A DNA stretch of 64,000 bases from Lachnospiraceae bacterium (GTDB lineage: Bacteria > Bacillota > Clostridia > Lachnospirales > Lachnospiraceae), in NCBI GenBank assembly GCA_045543455.1, contig JAZQMK010000036.1, positions 3,849 to 67,848 of the forward strand. The letters are read 5' to 3'. Below the pieces are notes generated by a model. The model was not told where the DNA came from. It saw only the letters and a program-made list of their open reading frames with translations, and searched no databases. The position numbers and the translations under genes were made by a program. Shown here piece after piece: positions 27,201 through 36,186 of the stretch. The number at the start of each line of letters is the position of its first letter. The first letter of the stretch is position 1.

Positions 27201-28444
27201 ATGATACAGTCAACCTTAGGGTCGAAGAATGCAGCAGCATAGTAGTGGGCTACTGTTTCAACTTCGCCTTCATCTAATAAAAGGGCAGCTTTAATTAAAG
27301 CTTCACCATATCCTGTTGAACATGAACGTACGATAGTTGCAGTCTTAGGAAGCTTTGTATAAATATCCTTAATTGCTGTAATTGTTGTAGCAAGTGGATT
27401 ACCATTATTGCTACTATAGAAAGAGTAGAGCAATGAGCCATTTTCTCCAACTAAAGCTACCTTTGTTGTTGTGGAACCAGCATCAATACCAAGGAAACAG
27501 TTACCTTCATATGTAGATAAGTCCTCAGCAACTACGCTATGGCTATTGTGTCTCTTTGTAAATTCGTCATATGCTGCCTGATTTTCAAATAAAGGCTGCA
27601 TTCTTTCAACTTCAAAGTCCATCTTAATGTTAGATGCTAACTGATTGATAAGCACATCAATATCAACTTCAACATCTTCACGGTAGTTTAAAGCTGAACC
27701 GATAGCGGCAAAAAGATGTGAATTTTCAGGTGTTATGGCTGATTCTGATGTAAGATTAAGAGTTCTTATGAAAGCCTGCTTCAGTTCTGATAAGAAGTGA
27801 AGAGGACCACCTAAAAATGCTACATTACCACGAATTGGCTTACCACAGGCAAGACCACTTATAGTCTGGTTAACAACAGCCTGGAAAATAGATGCAGAAA
27901 GATCTTCCTTTGTAGCACCTTCATTAATAAGAGGCTGAATATCTGATTTAGCAAATACACCACATCTTGCTGCGATAGGGTATATAGCTTTATAATTTTT
28001 GGCATACTCATTAAGACCAGAAGCATCAGTCTGTAAAAGTGAAGCCATCTGGTCGATAAATGAACCTGTACCACCGGCACAGATACCATTCATTCTTTGG
28101 TCAATACCATTTGTAAAATAAATAATTTTTGCGTCTTCGCCACCAAGCTCGATTGCAACATCGGTTTGTGGGGCATACTTATTAAGTGCAGTAGAAACAG
28201 CAACAACTTCCTGAGTAAATGGAACCTCTAAATGCTTAGCCAGTGTAAGACCACCTGAACCTGTAATTACAGGATGAAGCTTAATTTCGCCTAATTTTTC
28301 TTTGGCTTTTCTTAAAAGAGATGCCAAGGTTTCCTGAATGTTGGCGTAATGTCTTTCGTAATCTGAGAAAAGCAGGTTATTAACTTTATCCAGTATTGCA
28401 ATTTTTACTGTAGTTGAACCTATGTCAATTCCTAATTTTTTCAT
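24230..28444 (-). CDS. Acyl-CoA dehydratase activase-related giant protein (two BcrAD/BadFG/HgdC-type ATPase domains plus DUF2229-like C-terminal region)
   Basis: [14 protein letters not shown] and a second [19 protein letters not shown]-fold ATPase start. Conserved CTVF / Cys motifs of activases. About 1400 aa, typical of this fusion family. Confidence 0.85.
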   Translation of the reverse strand: MKKLGIDIGSTTVKIAILDKVNNLLFSDYERHYANIQETLASLLRKAKEKLGEIKLHPVITGSGGLTLAKHLEVPFTQEVVAVSTALNKYAPQTDVAIELGGEDAKIIYFTNGIDQRMNGICAGGTGSFIDQMASLLQTDASGLNEYAKNYKAIYPIAARCGVFAKSDIQPLINEGATKEDLSASIFQAVVNQTISGLACGKPIRGNVAFLGGPLHFLSELKQAFIRTLNLTSESAITPENSHLFAAIGSALNYREDVEVDIDVLINQLASNIKMDFEVERMQPLFENQAAYDEFTKRHNSHSVVAEDLSTYEGNCFLGIDAGSTTTKVALVGENGSLLYSFYSSNNGNPLATTITAIKDIYTKLPKTATIVRSCSTGYGEALIKAALLLDEGEVETVAHYYAAAFFDPKVDCIIDIGGQDMKCIKIKNNTVDSVQLNEACSSGCGSFIETFAKSLNYSIVDFAKAALFAPNPIDLGTRCTVFMNSKVKQAQKEGATVADISAGLAYSVIKNALYKVIKITDPKDLGTHIVVQGGTFYNDAVLRSFEIISGCEAVRPDIAGIMGAFGAALIARERYDGVSDTSMLSIEKINDLTYDTKMTRCKGCTNNCHLTINRFSGGRQYITGNRCERGIGKEKNKENIPNLFEYKNKRLFSYEPLTLDKAPRGVVGIPRVLNMYENYPFWYTFFTKLGYSVVLSPESNRKIYELGIESIPSESECYPAKLAHGHVSWLIRQGVKYIFYPCIPYERNEVENANNHYNCPIVTSYAENIKNNVEEIKTENVRFENPFFSFENESILTNRLVEEFKQAIPAKEIKEAAKEAWAELIKSREDIMKEGEKTLQYLKETGKRGIVLAGRPYHIDSEINHGIPELITSYGLAVLTEDSISHLGEVERPLIVMDQWMYHSRLYAAASFVKTQENLDLIQLNSFGCGLDAVTTDSVNDILSSAGKIYTVLKIDEVNNLGAARIRIRSLISALKVRELNSYKRHIESAAYKRIEFTEDMRKDYTILCPQMSPIHFDLLGPALKSCGYNIVVLDNDNKKSLDVGLKYVNNDACYPSLIVVGQIMEAILSGKYDLSKTAVIITQTGGGCRASNYIGFIRRALNKAGLPEIPVISLNASGIETNSGFKPNLAILKKAMMALVYGDVFMNVVYRTRPYEAVKGSVNALHEKWKKVCIEQLTKPKVSLSEYNKNVKAIINDFDNIELLDIKKPRVGIVGEILVKFLPSANNYLVDLLEAEGAEAVMPDLMGFLLYCAENANFKAKNLGLSKKSAFINNTVINILEWFRSSSKKALAKSKRFTPPSSIKETAKLAQKIVSLGNQTGEGWLLTGEMIELIHMGAGNIVCCQPFACLPNHIVGKGVIKELRLEFPEANIIAVDYDPGASEVNQLNRIKLMLSTAQKNLN

Positions 28445-28563
28445 AGTGTACTTTCGGTTAAATTTACCGAAACCTCCTTGATTTAGCTTAGGTCAAAAAG
28501 ACCCATTAAGAATTATAGTACAAACTTGCTGAAATTTCAAGATACAGTTCTATGTTTTATTCA

Positions 28564-28592
28564 TTGACAAAATAAGATTATATAAATATAAT
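28564..28592 (+). promoter_or_regulatory. Sigma-70-type promoter candidate for the 28625-pyk operon
   Basis: TTGACA (28564-28569), 17-nt spacer, TATAAT (28587-28592). Confidence 0.6.
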
Positions 28593-28624
28593 AAATAATA
28601 TGTGATTTGGAAAGGTAAATCTGT

Positions 28625-29491
28625 ATGAAGTGGTTTTATAAATTAGAAAGAAAATATGGCAGATATGCGATTAACAATTTGATGTATTATATTATAATAA
28701 TGTATGGAGTAGGTTTTTTGCTTTCTGTATTTGTTCCGGAAGCACTAAGTTTCCTATCTTTAAATGTGCCTATGATATTAAAGGGACAGGTTTGGAGACT
28801 CTTTACATTTTTGATTTATCCACCTGATGGAAGCATTATATTTATATTTTTCACACTATATCTCTATTATATGCTAGGTTCATTTTTAGAGAGGGTGTGG
28901 GGACCTTTTAAATTTAATGTATATTTCTTCGGAGGTGTTATATCACATATTATAATAGCATTTTTTATGTATTTTGCATTTGGATTTGTTGTAGAGATGA
29001 CAACTTACTACATCAATATGTCTATGTTTTTTGCATTTGCTGTTATATTGCCGGATATGAAATTCTTGTTATTCTTTATTATTCCGGTAAAAGTGAAATG
29101 GTTAGCTATAATTGATGCTGTATTTTTTGCATTTTCTATTGTGATGAATATAATGTATTTTGCTCTGTCAAAGCATGTGTATTATCTTGCAGTAGCAGTT
29201 TCAATGATAGTATCAGTATTGAATTTTATAATTTTCTTCTTTGTGACAAGGGATAAAAAGAGAATATCATTTGCACAAAAGAAACGTCAGGCAGAATATA
29301 CAAAGAGTGTTAAGATTGTAGTATCCAATTCAAAACACAAATGTGCAATCTGCGGAAGAACTGAAAAAGATGGTGATTTGACATTTAGATATTGTTCTAA
29401 ATGCGAAGGTGATTATGAATATTGCCAAGACCATTTATATACACATACTCATGTAATTAATAGTAAAGAAGATGAAGGAGGTTCGTTATGA
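28625..29491 (+). CDS. Rhomboid-like polytopic membrane protein (catalytic motifs not evident) with C-terminal Cys4 zinc-ribbon
   Basis: VWRLFTFLIYPP...LGSFLERVWG..F...YFFGGVISH follows the rhomboid WRxxT...G..lE..G...GG pattern, but no GxSG Ser motif was seen. The C-terminus has CAICG...CSKCEGDYEYCQDH. Confidence 0.55.
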   Translation: MKWFYKLERKYGRYAINNLMYYIIIMYGVGFLLSVFVPEALSFLSLNVPMILKGQVWRLFTFLIYPPDGSIIFIFFTLYLYYMLGSFLERVWGPFKFNVYFFGGVISHIIIAFFMYFAFGFVVEMTTYYINMSMFFAFAVILPDMKFLLFFIIPVKVKWLAIIDAVFFAFSIVMNIMYFALSKHVYYLAVAVSMIVSVLNFIIFFFVTRDKKRISFAQKKRQAEYTKSVKIVVSNSKHKCAICGRTEKDGDLTFRYCSKCEGDYEYCQDHLYTHTHVINSKEDEGGSL

Positions 29492-30921
29492 AAAGAACTA
29501 AAATAATATGTACAATGGGTCCGAATACTAATGATAAGGAACTTTTAAAGTCACTTGCCCTTAATGGCATGGATATTGCAAGATTTAATTTTTCACATGG
29601 TGATCATGAGGAACAATTAGGCAGAGTTAAGCTTTTAAGAGAAGTAAGAGAAGAAATTGGTAAGCCTATTGCTATGCTTCTTGATACAAAGGGTCCTGAA
29701 ATTAGAACAGGTGTATTAAAGGATGAAAAGAAGGTTACTTTAGTTGAAGGTGGTACTTATACACTTACAACTAGAGAAGTTGTTGGTGATGAGACAATCT
29801 GTAGCATTACATATACAGGCCTTCCACAGGATGTTGTTGTAGGTAGCAGAATTTTAATTGATGATGGTCTTATTGAGCTTGTTGTTGTAGAAAAGAATGA
29901 TACAGATATTAAATGTCATATTTTAAATGGTGGTGAATTAGGTCAAAAGAAGGGCGTTAATGTTCCAGGCGTAAGTATCAAGCTTCCTGGCATCACAGAA
30001 AAAGACAAGAATGATATTTTATTTGGTATTGAACAGGAATATGATTTTATTGCAGCTTCATTTGTTAGAAATGCAGATTGTATTAGAGATATTAAGGCTA
30101 TTTTAAAGGAGCATAATTCAAATATTTCTGTAATAGCTAAGATTGAAAATCAGGAAGGTATTGATAATATCGATGAAATCATATCTGTGGCAGATGGTAT
30201 TATGGTTGCCAGAGGTGATATGGGTGTTGAAATCCCAGCAGAAACAGTACCATATATCCAGAAGATGATTATTAAAAAATGTAATGCAGCTTTTAAGCCT
30301 GTTATTACTGCAACACAGATGCTTGACTCTATGATGAGAAATCCTCGTCCAACAAGAGCTGAAGTTACTGACGTTGCTAATGCAATTTATGATGGCACAG
30401 ACGTTGTTATGTTATCAGGTGAAACAGCTATGGGTAAATATCCTGTAGAAGCTTTAAAGATGATGGCTCATATTGCTGAATCAACAGAACAGCATCTTGA
30501 TTATTCGCTTACATTAGACAGAGCTAAGATGCATTCAAAGCAGAGTGTATCAAGTGCTGTAAGCTATGCTTCTGTAACAGCAGCAGCCAACTTAAATGCA
30601 AAGGCTATTATAGCACCAACTATTTCAGGTTTTACAGCAAGAGTTATATCTAAGTATAAACCAGAAGTAAGAATTTTTGGTGTGTCACCACGTGATTCGG
30701 TATTAAGAAAAATGCAGATTTATTGGGGAGTAACACCAATTAAGTCTAACGAAGAGACTTCTACAGATGAGATTATTAATCAGGCAATTGCCAACTGCAA
30801 GAAGGCTGGTTATGTAGAACAGGGTGATTTAGTGGTAGTAACAGCAGGTATTCCTACTAATGCATTACCTGAAGCAGAAAAAGGTATAACAAATATTATG
30901 CGTGTTATTCCGGTTGAATAA
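29488..30921 (+). CDS. pyk: Pyruvate kinase
   Basis: MKRTKIICTMGP, FNFSHG, LLDTKGPEIRTG, MVARGDMGVEIP. ATGA overlap with the upstream gene. Confidence 0.95.
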   Translation: MKRTKIICTMGPNTNDKELLKSLALNGMDIARFNFSHGDHEEQLGRVKLLREVREEIGKPIAMLLDTKGPEIRTGVLKDEKKVTLVEGGTYTLTTREVVGDETICSITYTGLPQDVVVGSRILIDDGLIELVVVEKNDTDIKCHILNGGELGQKKGVNVPGVSIKLPGITEKDKNDILFGIEQEYDFIAASFVRNADCIRDIKAILKEHNSNISVIAKIENQEGIDNIDEIISVADGIMVARGDMGVEIPAETVPYIQKMIIKKCNAAFKPVITATQMLDSMMRNPRPTRAEVTDVANAIYDGTDVVMLSGETAMGKYPVEALKMMAHIAESTEQHLDYSLTLDRAKMHSKQSVSSAVSYASVTAAANLNAKAIIAPTISGFTARVISKYKPEVRIFGVSPRDSVLRKMQIYWGVTPIKSNEETSTDEIINQAIANCKKAGYVEQGDLVVVTAGIPTNALPEAEKGITNIMRVIPVE

Positions 30922-30928
30922 ATAATAG

Positions 30929-30975
30929 GCGAAGGTTGTGACTTATATAGAAAGTTACACCTTCGCTGTTTTTGT
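30929..30975 (+). terminator. Rho-independent terminator after pyk
   Basis: Stem gcgaaggt(tgtgac) / (gttac)accttcgc followed by TGTTTTTGTTT. Confidence 0.8.
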
Positions 30976-31050
30976 TTAATAGATGTCGTGACCGTGCTCG
31001 GTGCTTAAAGTGTACAAGTCCTATAGGAATGTAAATTATTGCGAATTAAG

Positions 31051-31071
31051 AGTGGACTTGTCCACTTTTTT
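31051..31071 (+). terminator. Small orphan terminator-like hairpin
   Basis: agtgga-cttg-tccact then TTTTTT. It lies about 75 nt after the pyk terminator and before the rpn promoter (TTGAAA, 17 nt, TATACT at about 31076-31104). Confidence 0.4.
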
Positions 31072-31140
31072 ATTCTTGAAATGTAAAACAAAAAGTGATA
31101 TACTTTAATAAGAGACATTGTTCCAACGGAAAGGGGACAA

Positions 31141-32097
31141 ATGACATCTAACAATTCAAAAAAATCTAATGGTGGCGAATATCGTACGCTACAGAGTCTT
31201 AATCTAATTGACTCGTTTTTATTCCAGGAATTTACAGAAAAAGAAGAAAATGCAAAGTTGCTTGCAAAGCTTATAGTTAAACGTGTAACAGGTATAGAAT
31301 TAGATGATAACATATTAGTGGAAAATGAAAAAGTAATTAATGGCGTAAAACTAGGTCTGCGTGGCATAAGAATGGACATTCGTGTCATAGAAAGAAATGG
31401 AGAAAAGGTAACGAGAATTCATAATATAGAACCTAATATATATCAAGAGAAAGATTTACCTTATCGTTGCAGGTATTACCAGTCAATTACAGATGCAAAA
31501 TATTTAAAAAGTGGTTGTAAATTTAGAGAGCTTCCTACTTTGGTATCAATTTGGATATTAGAACAGGATTTGTTTGGAGAAAACCGAATGATGTATACTG
31601 TAAAAAATATGGTGGAAGAAAATCCTTCAATAGTGTATAATGATGGTGTAACAAAGATATTCTTATATACTAAAGGCAAGATAGGAGGTTCTAAAGAACT
31701 GGAATCTTTGCTTAAGTATATGAGTGACACTAATATAAATAATGCAGTTGACACAGAGTTGGAGACAGTACATACCATAGTTAGTGCAATTAAGGAAGAC
31801 GAAGGGATTGGTGATCGTTATATGACACTTCAAGACATGATAGATTACGAAAAAGACTTAAGTTATGATAAGGGTAAGGAAGATGGTTTTGAACTTGGAG
31901 AGGCTGCGGGAATATCTCAGGGAATATCGCAGGGGATATCGCAGGGAATATCTCAGGGAAGAATACTTCTTATAACATCAGGTCTTAAGAATAGAGTGTC
32001 TGAGGAACAGATAGTTAATATGCTTATAGATGGTTACTCAATGACAAAAGAAGAGGCGACAAAGTTAGTTGTACAAGTAAAAGAACAGAATAATTAA
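31141..32097 (+). CDS. Rpn-family recombination-promoting nuclease / putative transposase (PD-(D/E)xK, YhgA-like)
   Basis: N-terminal LNLIDSFLFQEF..., GIRMDIRV...I.NIE (D..E.K-type nuclease core), and a C-terminal helical tail with repeat, all typical of this family. Confidence 0.75.
   Translation: MTSNNSKKSNGGEYRTLQSLNLIDSFLFQEFTEKEENAKLLAKLIVKRVTGIELDDNILVENEKVINGVKLGLRGIRMDIRVIERNGEKVTRIHNIEPNIYQEKDLPYRCRYYQSITDAKYLKSGCKFRELPTLVSIWILEQDLFGENRMMYTVKNMVEENPSIVYNDGVTKIFLYTKGKIGGSKELESLLKYMSDTNINNAVDTELETVHTIVSAIKEDEGIGDRYMTLQDMIDYEKDLSYDKGKEDGFELGEAAGISQGISQGISQGISQGRILLITSGLKNRVSEEQIVNMLIDGYSMTKEEATKLVVQVKEQNN
31909..31960 (+). repeat. 12-bp tandem repeat x4.3 encoding (GISQ)n
   Basis: ggaatatctcag / ggaatatcgcag / gggatatcgcag / ggaatatctcag / ggaa. 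Confidence 0.9.
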
Positions 32098-32124
32098 TAA
32101 TAAATGTTAGTTGGAACAATGTCA

Positions 32125-32152
32125 AAAGCTCAGCCATTTGAGGCTGAGCTTT
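32125..32152. terminator. Bidirectional terminator between rpn and rqcH
   Basis: 11-bp stem aaagctcagcc / ggctgagcttt with a 6-nt loop. Confidence 0.8.
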
Positions 32153-32158
32153 AAATAT

Positions 32159-33892
32159 TCAATTTAACAATTTCTTTAATTCATCAGGCTTTATATTCAT
32201 TGAATAATTAGTGTAATACACTACAAATCCTGGTTTCGTCTGATTAGGTTTTTTGATATTTTTCTTTTGTGTATAGTCTATTTCAACCTTTTCTTGGTCA
32301 CGACCTTTTGAATAAAATGCTGCTAATGCGGCTGCTTCTTCAAATGTGCGATCCGGCAGTTCCTGTCCGTTAGATTTTACAATTACATGGGAGCCTGGTA
32401 GGGCTTTAGCGTGGAACCACCAGTCGTTACCTGTTGCAAAATCAAAGGTTAAATAATCATTTTGATAGTTGTTTTTTCCGACATATATATCAAAGCCGTC
32501 GCTGGAAACATAGTGGAAAGGCTTACTTGTAATTTTTTGCTTTTTACCACTTACCTTTTTCTTGATATATCCATATTGAGACATTTCTTCCTTTAACTCT
32601 ACAAGGTCTTCTTCGTTAAGGGCTATGTCAAGAGCAGTATTAATTGATTCTAAATGCTCAATTTCTTCCTTTGTTTCCTTGGTTTGTACCTGCAAGGCTT
32701 CGTTAGTTCGCTTTAATTTGTTGTAACGTTCAAAATATTTTAAAGCATTTTCCTTAATTGTAAGGCTTTTATCTAAAGGAATTGACATATCGCAATTGTC
32801 GTAATAATTAAATACATTTACTTTATCTTCTCCATCTTTTAGAGAATGCATATAGGTAGTGAGAAGTTCGCCATAAATGCGATATTTATCTCTTTTTATA
32901 GTGTCAGCAAGTTGATTTTCCTGAAGACTTAATTTTTTGTAATTACGTTCAAGGGCGTTAGATACGATTTTGCGTAAATCAAAGGATTTTTGTCGTATTC
33001 TTGTAACTACGCTTTTGGAAATATAATAGTCTTCAATGAGCTTGCTTATGGAATCATATTGGACAGAAGAAAGATCTTCGTACACATTTAAGCAAAGGGA
33101 AGAAAAATCCTTTAGCACCTCGTCTTCATATACGATATTAGGGGTATATAAAGCATTTTTTACGTCATCAATAAGTTGGGAAAATATATTATATATGTGT
33201 AATTGTTCAGTTTCGTTAAATGTGTTAGCGCAAAGAGCAGAATCAATGCTTGCGTTGTAGCAGATTTCTTCTGCAATTATAGGACTAATGCCTGTAAATG
33301 ATGTGTAAATAGCCTTTTTTAAATCCATAGGCTTTGCAAATACTTGATTTTTGAAAGCTTCATAATCGGTGTTAAGGGGATTAAGGCTGTCTTTTTGGGA
33401 TGCAATAAAATAATCTCTGCCGGGAAGTACTTCACGTACGGAACTGATAGCTGCAGAAACTCTTTTTATGCTGTCTAATATTTTATAATTATCATCACAA
33501 AAGATTATATTACTGTGCTTGCCCATTATCTCAATAATGAGATGTTTTTGGCACAAATCACCCATTTCGTTAAGGTGTTCAATTGTAAAGTCTATTATTC
33601 TTTCAAGTCCCGGTTGGGTGATGGCGGTAATGCGGCCATTGTTTAGGTGCTTGCGAAGAAGCATACAAAAATTTGGTGCCGTAAGGGGACTTGGTTTATT
33701 GTTGTCTGTCAAATATATAAGAGGAAGACTAGGGTTAGCGCTGATTAAAATTCTGTATTGATTTTTATCATTTTTTATTGTAATGAGTAATTCATCATTT
33801 TCAGGCTGAGCAATTTTATAAATTCTTCCATTAAGTAATAATTCGTTAAATTCTGATACCAGATTAGATATCACTATACCGTCAAAAGCCAT
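32159..33892 (-). CDS. rqcH: Ribosome quality-control protein RqcH (NFACT / FbpA family)
   Basis: MAFDGIVISNL..E...L..GRI.KI.QP..DEL, and a C-terminal NFACT-R block DWWFHAKALPGSHVIV. Confidence 0.9.
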   Translation of the reverse strand: MAFDGIVISNLVSEFNELLLNGRIYKIAQPENDELLITIKNDKNQYRILISANPSLPLIYLTDNNKPSPLTAPNFCMLLRKHLNNGRITAITQPGLERIIDFTIEHLNEMGDLCQKHLIIEIMGKHSNIIFCDDNYKILDSIKRVSAAISSVREVLPGRDYFIASQKDSLNPLNTDYEAFKNQVFAKPMDLKKAIYTSFTGISPIIAEEICYNASIDSALCANTFNETEQLHIYNIFSQLIDDVKNALYTPNIVYEDEVLKDFSSLCLNVYEDLSSVQYDSISKLIEDYYISKSVVTRIRQKSFDLRKIVSNALERNYKKLSLQENQLADTIKRDKYRIYGELLTTYMHSLKDGEDKVNVFNYYDNCDMSIPLDKSLTIKENALKYFERYNKLKRTNEALQVQTKETKEEIEHLESINTALDIALNEEDLVELKEEMSQYGYIKKKVSGKKQKITSKPFHYVSSDGFDIYVGKNNYQNDYLTFDFATGNDWWFHAKALPGSHVIVKSNGQELPDRTFEEAAALAAFYSKGRDQEKVEIDYTQKKNIKKPNQTKPGFVVYYTNYSMNIKPDELKKLLN

Positions 33893-34040
33893 AACTATTC
33901 TCCAAATATTTTTTTAATATTATAACATCATTTTTCTTGAAAAATCTAGTAGATGTTAGTATAATTATATGGTATATTGTTAATTTGTGTAAAATGCACC
34001 AATTAAATTTGTTATATTATTTGATGATTGGAGATACATT

Positions 34041-34919
34041 ATGATAAAGAGTATGACCGGTTTTGGAAGATGTGAGGTAGCTGATGAAAAGTACAAGATT
34101 ACAGTAGAGATGAAGTCAGTTAATCACAGATATTTAGAAACAGGAATTAAGATGCCTAAGAAACTTAATTATTTTGAAGCAGGTATTAGAGGTTTACTTA
34201 AAAAATATATCCAAAGAGGTAAGGTTGATATTTTCATTACTTATGAAGATTACAATGAGAATAAATTAAGTTTAAAATATAATCAGGAGCTTGCTAAGGA
34301 ATATGTTGATATTATGAAACAGATTTCAGAACAGTTTGATTTGGTAAATGATATGAAGTCATATACCATAGCTAAGATGCCTGAGGTTATTGTTGCTGAG
34401 GAAGCAACTCTTGATGACACACAGCTGTGGGAAGGTTTACAAAAGGCTATAGAGGGAGCATGCGAGCAATTTGTAAATACAAGAATTGCAGAAGGCGAGC
34501 ATCTTAAAAATGATTTGATTGAAAAGCTTGACGGTATGCTTGAAAATGTAGCTTTTATTGAACAAAGAAGTCCACAGATTATTACAGAATATAAGAATAA
34601 ATTAGAAAATAAGGTAAGAGAGCTTCTTAGTGAAAGTTCAATTGATAATGCAAGGATAGCAACAGAGGTAACTATTTTTGCAGATAAGATTTGTGTGGAT
34701 GAAGAGATAGTAAGATTAAAAAGTCACATTTCTAATACTAAGAATACCTTAATTGAAGGTGGAAGTGTAGGTCGTAAGCTTGATTTCATAGCTCAGGAGA
34801 TGAATAGAGAAGCTAATACTATCCTTTCAAAGATTAATGATATTGCTATTGCAAATGTAGCAATTGAGTTAAAAACAGATATCGAAAAAGTAAGAGAACA
34901 AATTCAAAATATAGAATAA
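34041..34919 (+). CDS. yicC: YicC-family stress-induced protein
   Basis: MIKSMTGFGR, ...SVNHRYLE..., and C-terminal GRKLDFIAQEMNREANTI. Confidence 0.9.
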   Translation: MIKSMTGFGRCEVADEKYKITVEMKSVNHRYLETGIKMPKKLNYFEAGIRGLLKKYIQRGKVDIFITYEDYNENKLSLKYNQELAKEYVDIMKQISEQFDLVNDMKSYTIAKMPEVIVAEEATLDDTQLWEGLQKAIEGACEQFVNTRIAEGEHLKNDLIEKLDGMLENVAFIEQRSPQIITEYKNKLENKVRELLSESSIDNARIATEVTIFADKICVDEEIVRLKSHISNTKNTLIEGGSVGRKLDFIAQEMNREANTILSKINDIAIANVAIELKTDIEKVREQIQNIE

Positions 34920-34966
34920 ATACTTGATTTATATAACGAAATAAAGTATAATAGTGAGGTTGCAAA

Positions 34967-35239
34967 GTGAATAGATTGGTTAATATTGGTTTTGGTAATG
35001 TTGTTAGTGCAGATAAGGTAGTGGCTATTATTACTTCGGATTCGGCTCCTGCTAAGAGGCTTATATCTCAGGCTAAGGATAAGGGTGTTATAGTGGATGC
35101 TACTCAGGGAAGAAAGACAAGAGCTATAATAGTGACAGATTCAAGTCATATAGTTTTATCAGCACTTCTTCCAGAAACTATTACTGCAAGATTTCATGGA
35201 ACAGCTATCCAGGACAAGGTAGGTGAATGTGATGAATAA
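34967..35239 (+). CDS. remA: RemA (DUF370) biofilm/extracellular-matrix regulator
   Basis: [64 protein letters not shown] closely parallels B. subtilis RemA. GTG start. Confidence 0.9.
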   Translation: MNRLVNIGFGNVVSADKVVAIITSDSAPAKRLISQAKDKGVIVDATQGRKTRAIIVTDSSHIVLSALLPETITARFHGTAIQDKVGECDE

Positions 35240-35852
35240 CAATGGTAAGTTAATAGTTATTTCAGGTTTTTCAGGTGCCGGAAAGGGTACTGTGATTAAA
35301 CATTTGTTAGGTGAATATTCCAACTATGTACTTTCTATATCAGCAACTACAAGAAAGCCAAGAACCGGTGAGGTTCATGGAAGGGAATATTTCTTTAAGA
35401 CTGTTGATGAGTTTAAAGCTATGATTGCAAATGATGAGCTTGTAGAATATGCACAGTATGTAGAGAATTATTATGGTACACCAAAGGCATATGTTGATAC
35501 CTGTCTTAGTGAAGGCAAGAATGTTATTCTTGAAATTGAAATTCAGGGTGCCCTTAATATTAAGAAAAAGTTCCCACAAGCAGTATTGATTTTCATTACA
35601 CCTCCATCAGCAGATGAATTAAAAGCTCGTTTGATTAACAGAGGTACTGAAGATTTTGATACTATAATGGCAAGACTTCGACGCGCAAAGGAAGAAGCAG
35701 AAGGTGTTGAAAATTACGATTACATAATAGTTAATGATACTGTGGCAAAATGTGCACAGGACATTAATTCAGTTATTGTGGCTGAGTGCTCTAAGTCAGG
35801 CTACAAGCTGGATATTATTGATACTATTAAGGAAAGACTTGAAGATATATAA
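35232..35852 (+). CDS. gmk: Guanylate kinase
   Basis: [12 protein letters not shown]-loop, [26 protein letters not shown] at 35232 preferred over GTG at 35223. Confidence 0.9.
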   Translation: MNNNGKLIVISGFSGAGKGTVIKHLLGEYSNYVLSISATTRKPRTGEVHGREYFFKTVDEFKAMIANDELVEYAQYVENYYGTPKAYVDTCLSEGKNVILEIEIQGALNIKKKFPQAVLIFITPPSADELKARLINRGTEDFDTIMARLRRAKEEAEGVENYDYIIVNDTVAKCAQDINSVIVAECSKSGYKLDIIDTIKERLEDI

Positions 35853-35867
35853 GGAAGGAGAATGAAT

Positions 35868-36113
35868 ATGTTACATCCATCGTATTCAGATTTAATGGCA
35901 GTAGTAAATAGTGAGGTAGAAGCAGGTGAACATCCTGTAGTTCAGAGCAGATATTCAATTGTTATGGCTACTTCAAAGAGAGCAAGACAGATTATTGACA
36001 GAGATAAGGAGCTTGCACCAGATGCTAAAGATAATAGAAAACCACTTTCGATTGCTGTAGAAGAATTACATCAGTCTAAGATTAAGATCGTAAGTGAAGA
36101 AACAGAAGAATAA
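35868..36113 (+). CDS. rpoZ: DNA-directed RNA polymerase subunit omega
   Basis: MLHPSYSDL...SRYSIVMATSKRARQI. Located after gmk as usual. Second ATG chosen for SD spacing. Confidence 0.85.
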   Translation: MLHPSYSDLMAVVNSEVEAGEHPVVQSRYSIVMATSKRARQIIDRDKELAPDAKDNRKPLSIAVEELHQSKIKIVSEETEE

Positions 36114-36119
36114 TAATTA

Positions 36120-36155
36120 CTGATATACATGTACTATGCGTGTATATCAGTTTTA
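36120..36155 (+). terminator. Rho-independent terminator after rpoZ
   Basis: 10-bp stem ctgatataca / tgtatatcag, 11-nt loop, then TTTT. Confidence 0.7.
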
Positions 36156-36186
36156 TTATATAGATAAAATAAAAGGAGGAAAAGTA

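Noticed and set aside
31005-31388. 127-aa minus-strand ORF overlapping the rpn 5' end and its promoter region.
   Set aside because: It overlaps a well-supported plus-strand gene and two terminator hairpins. It has a low-complexity sequence and no SD.
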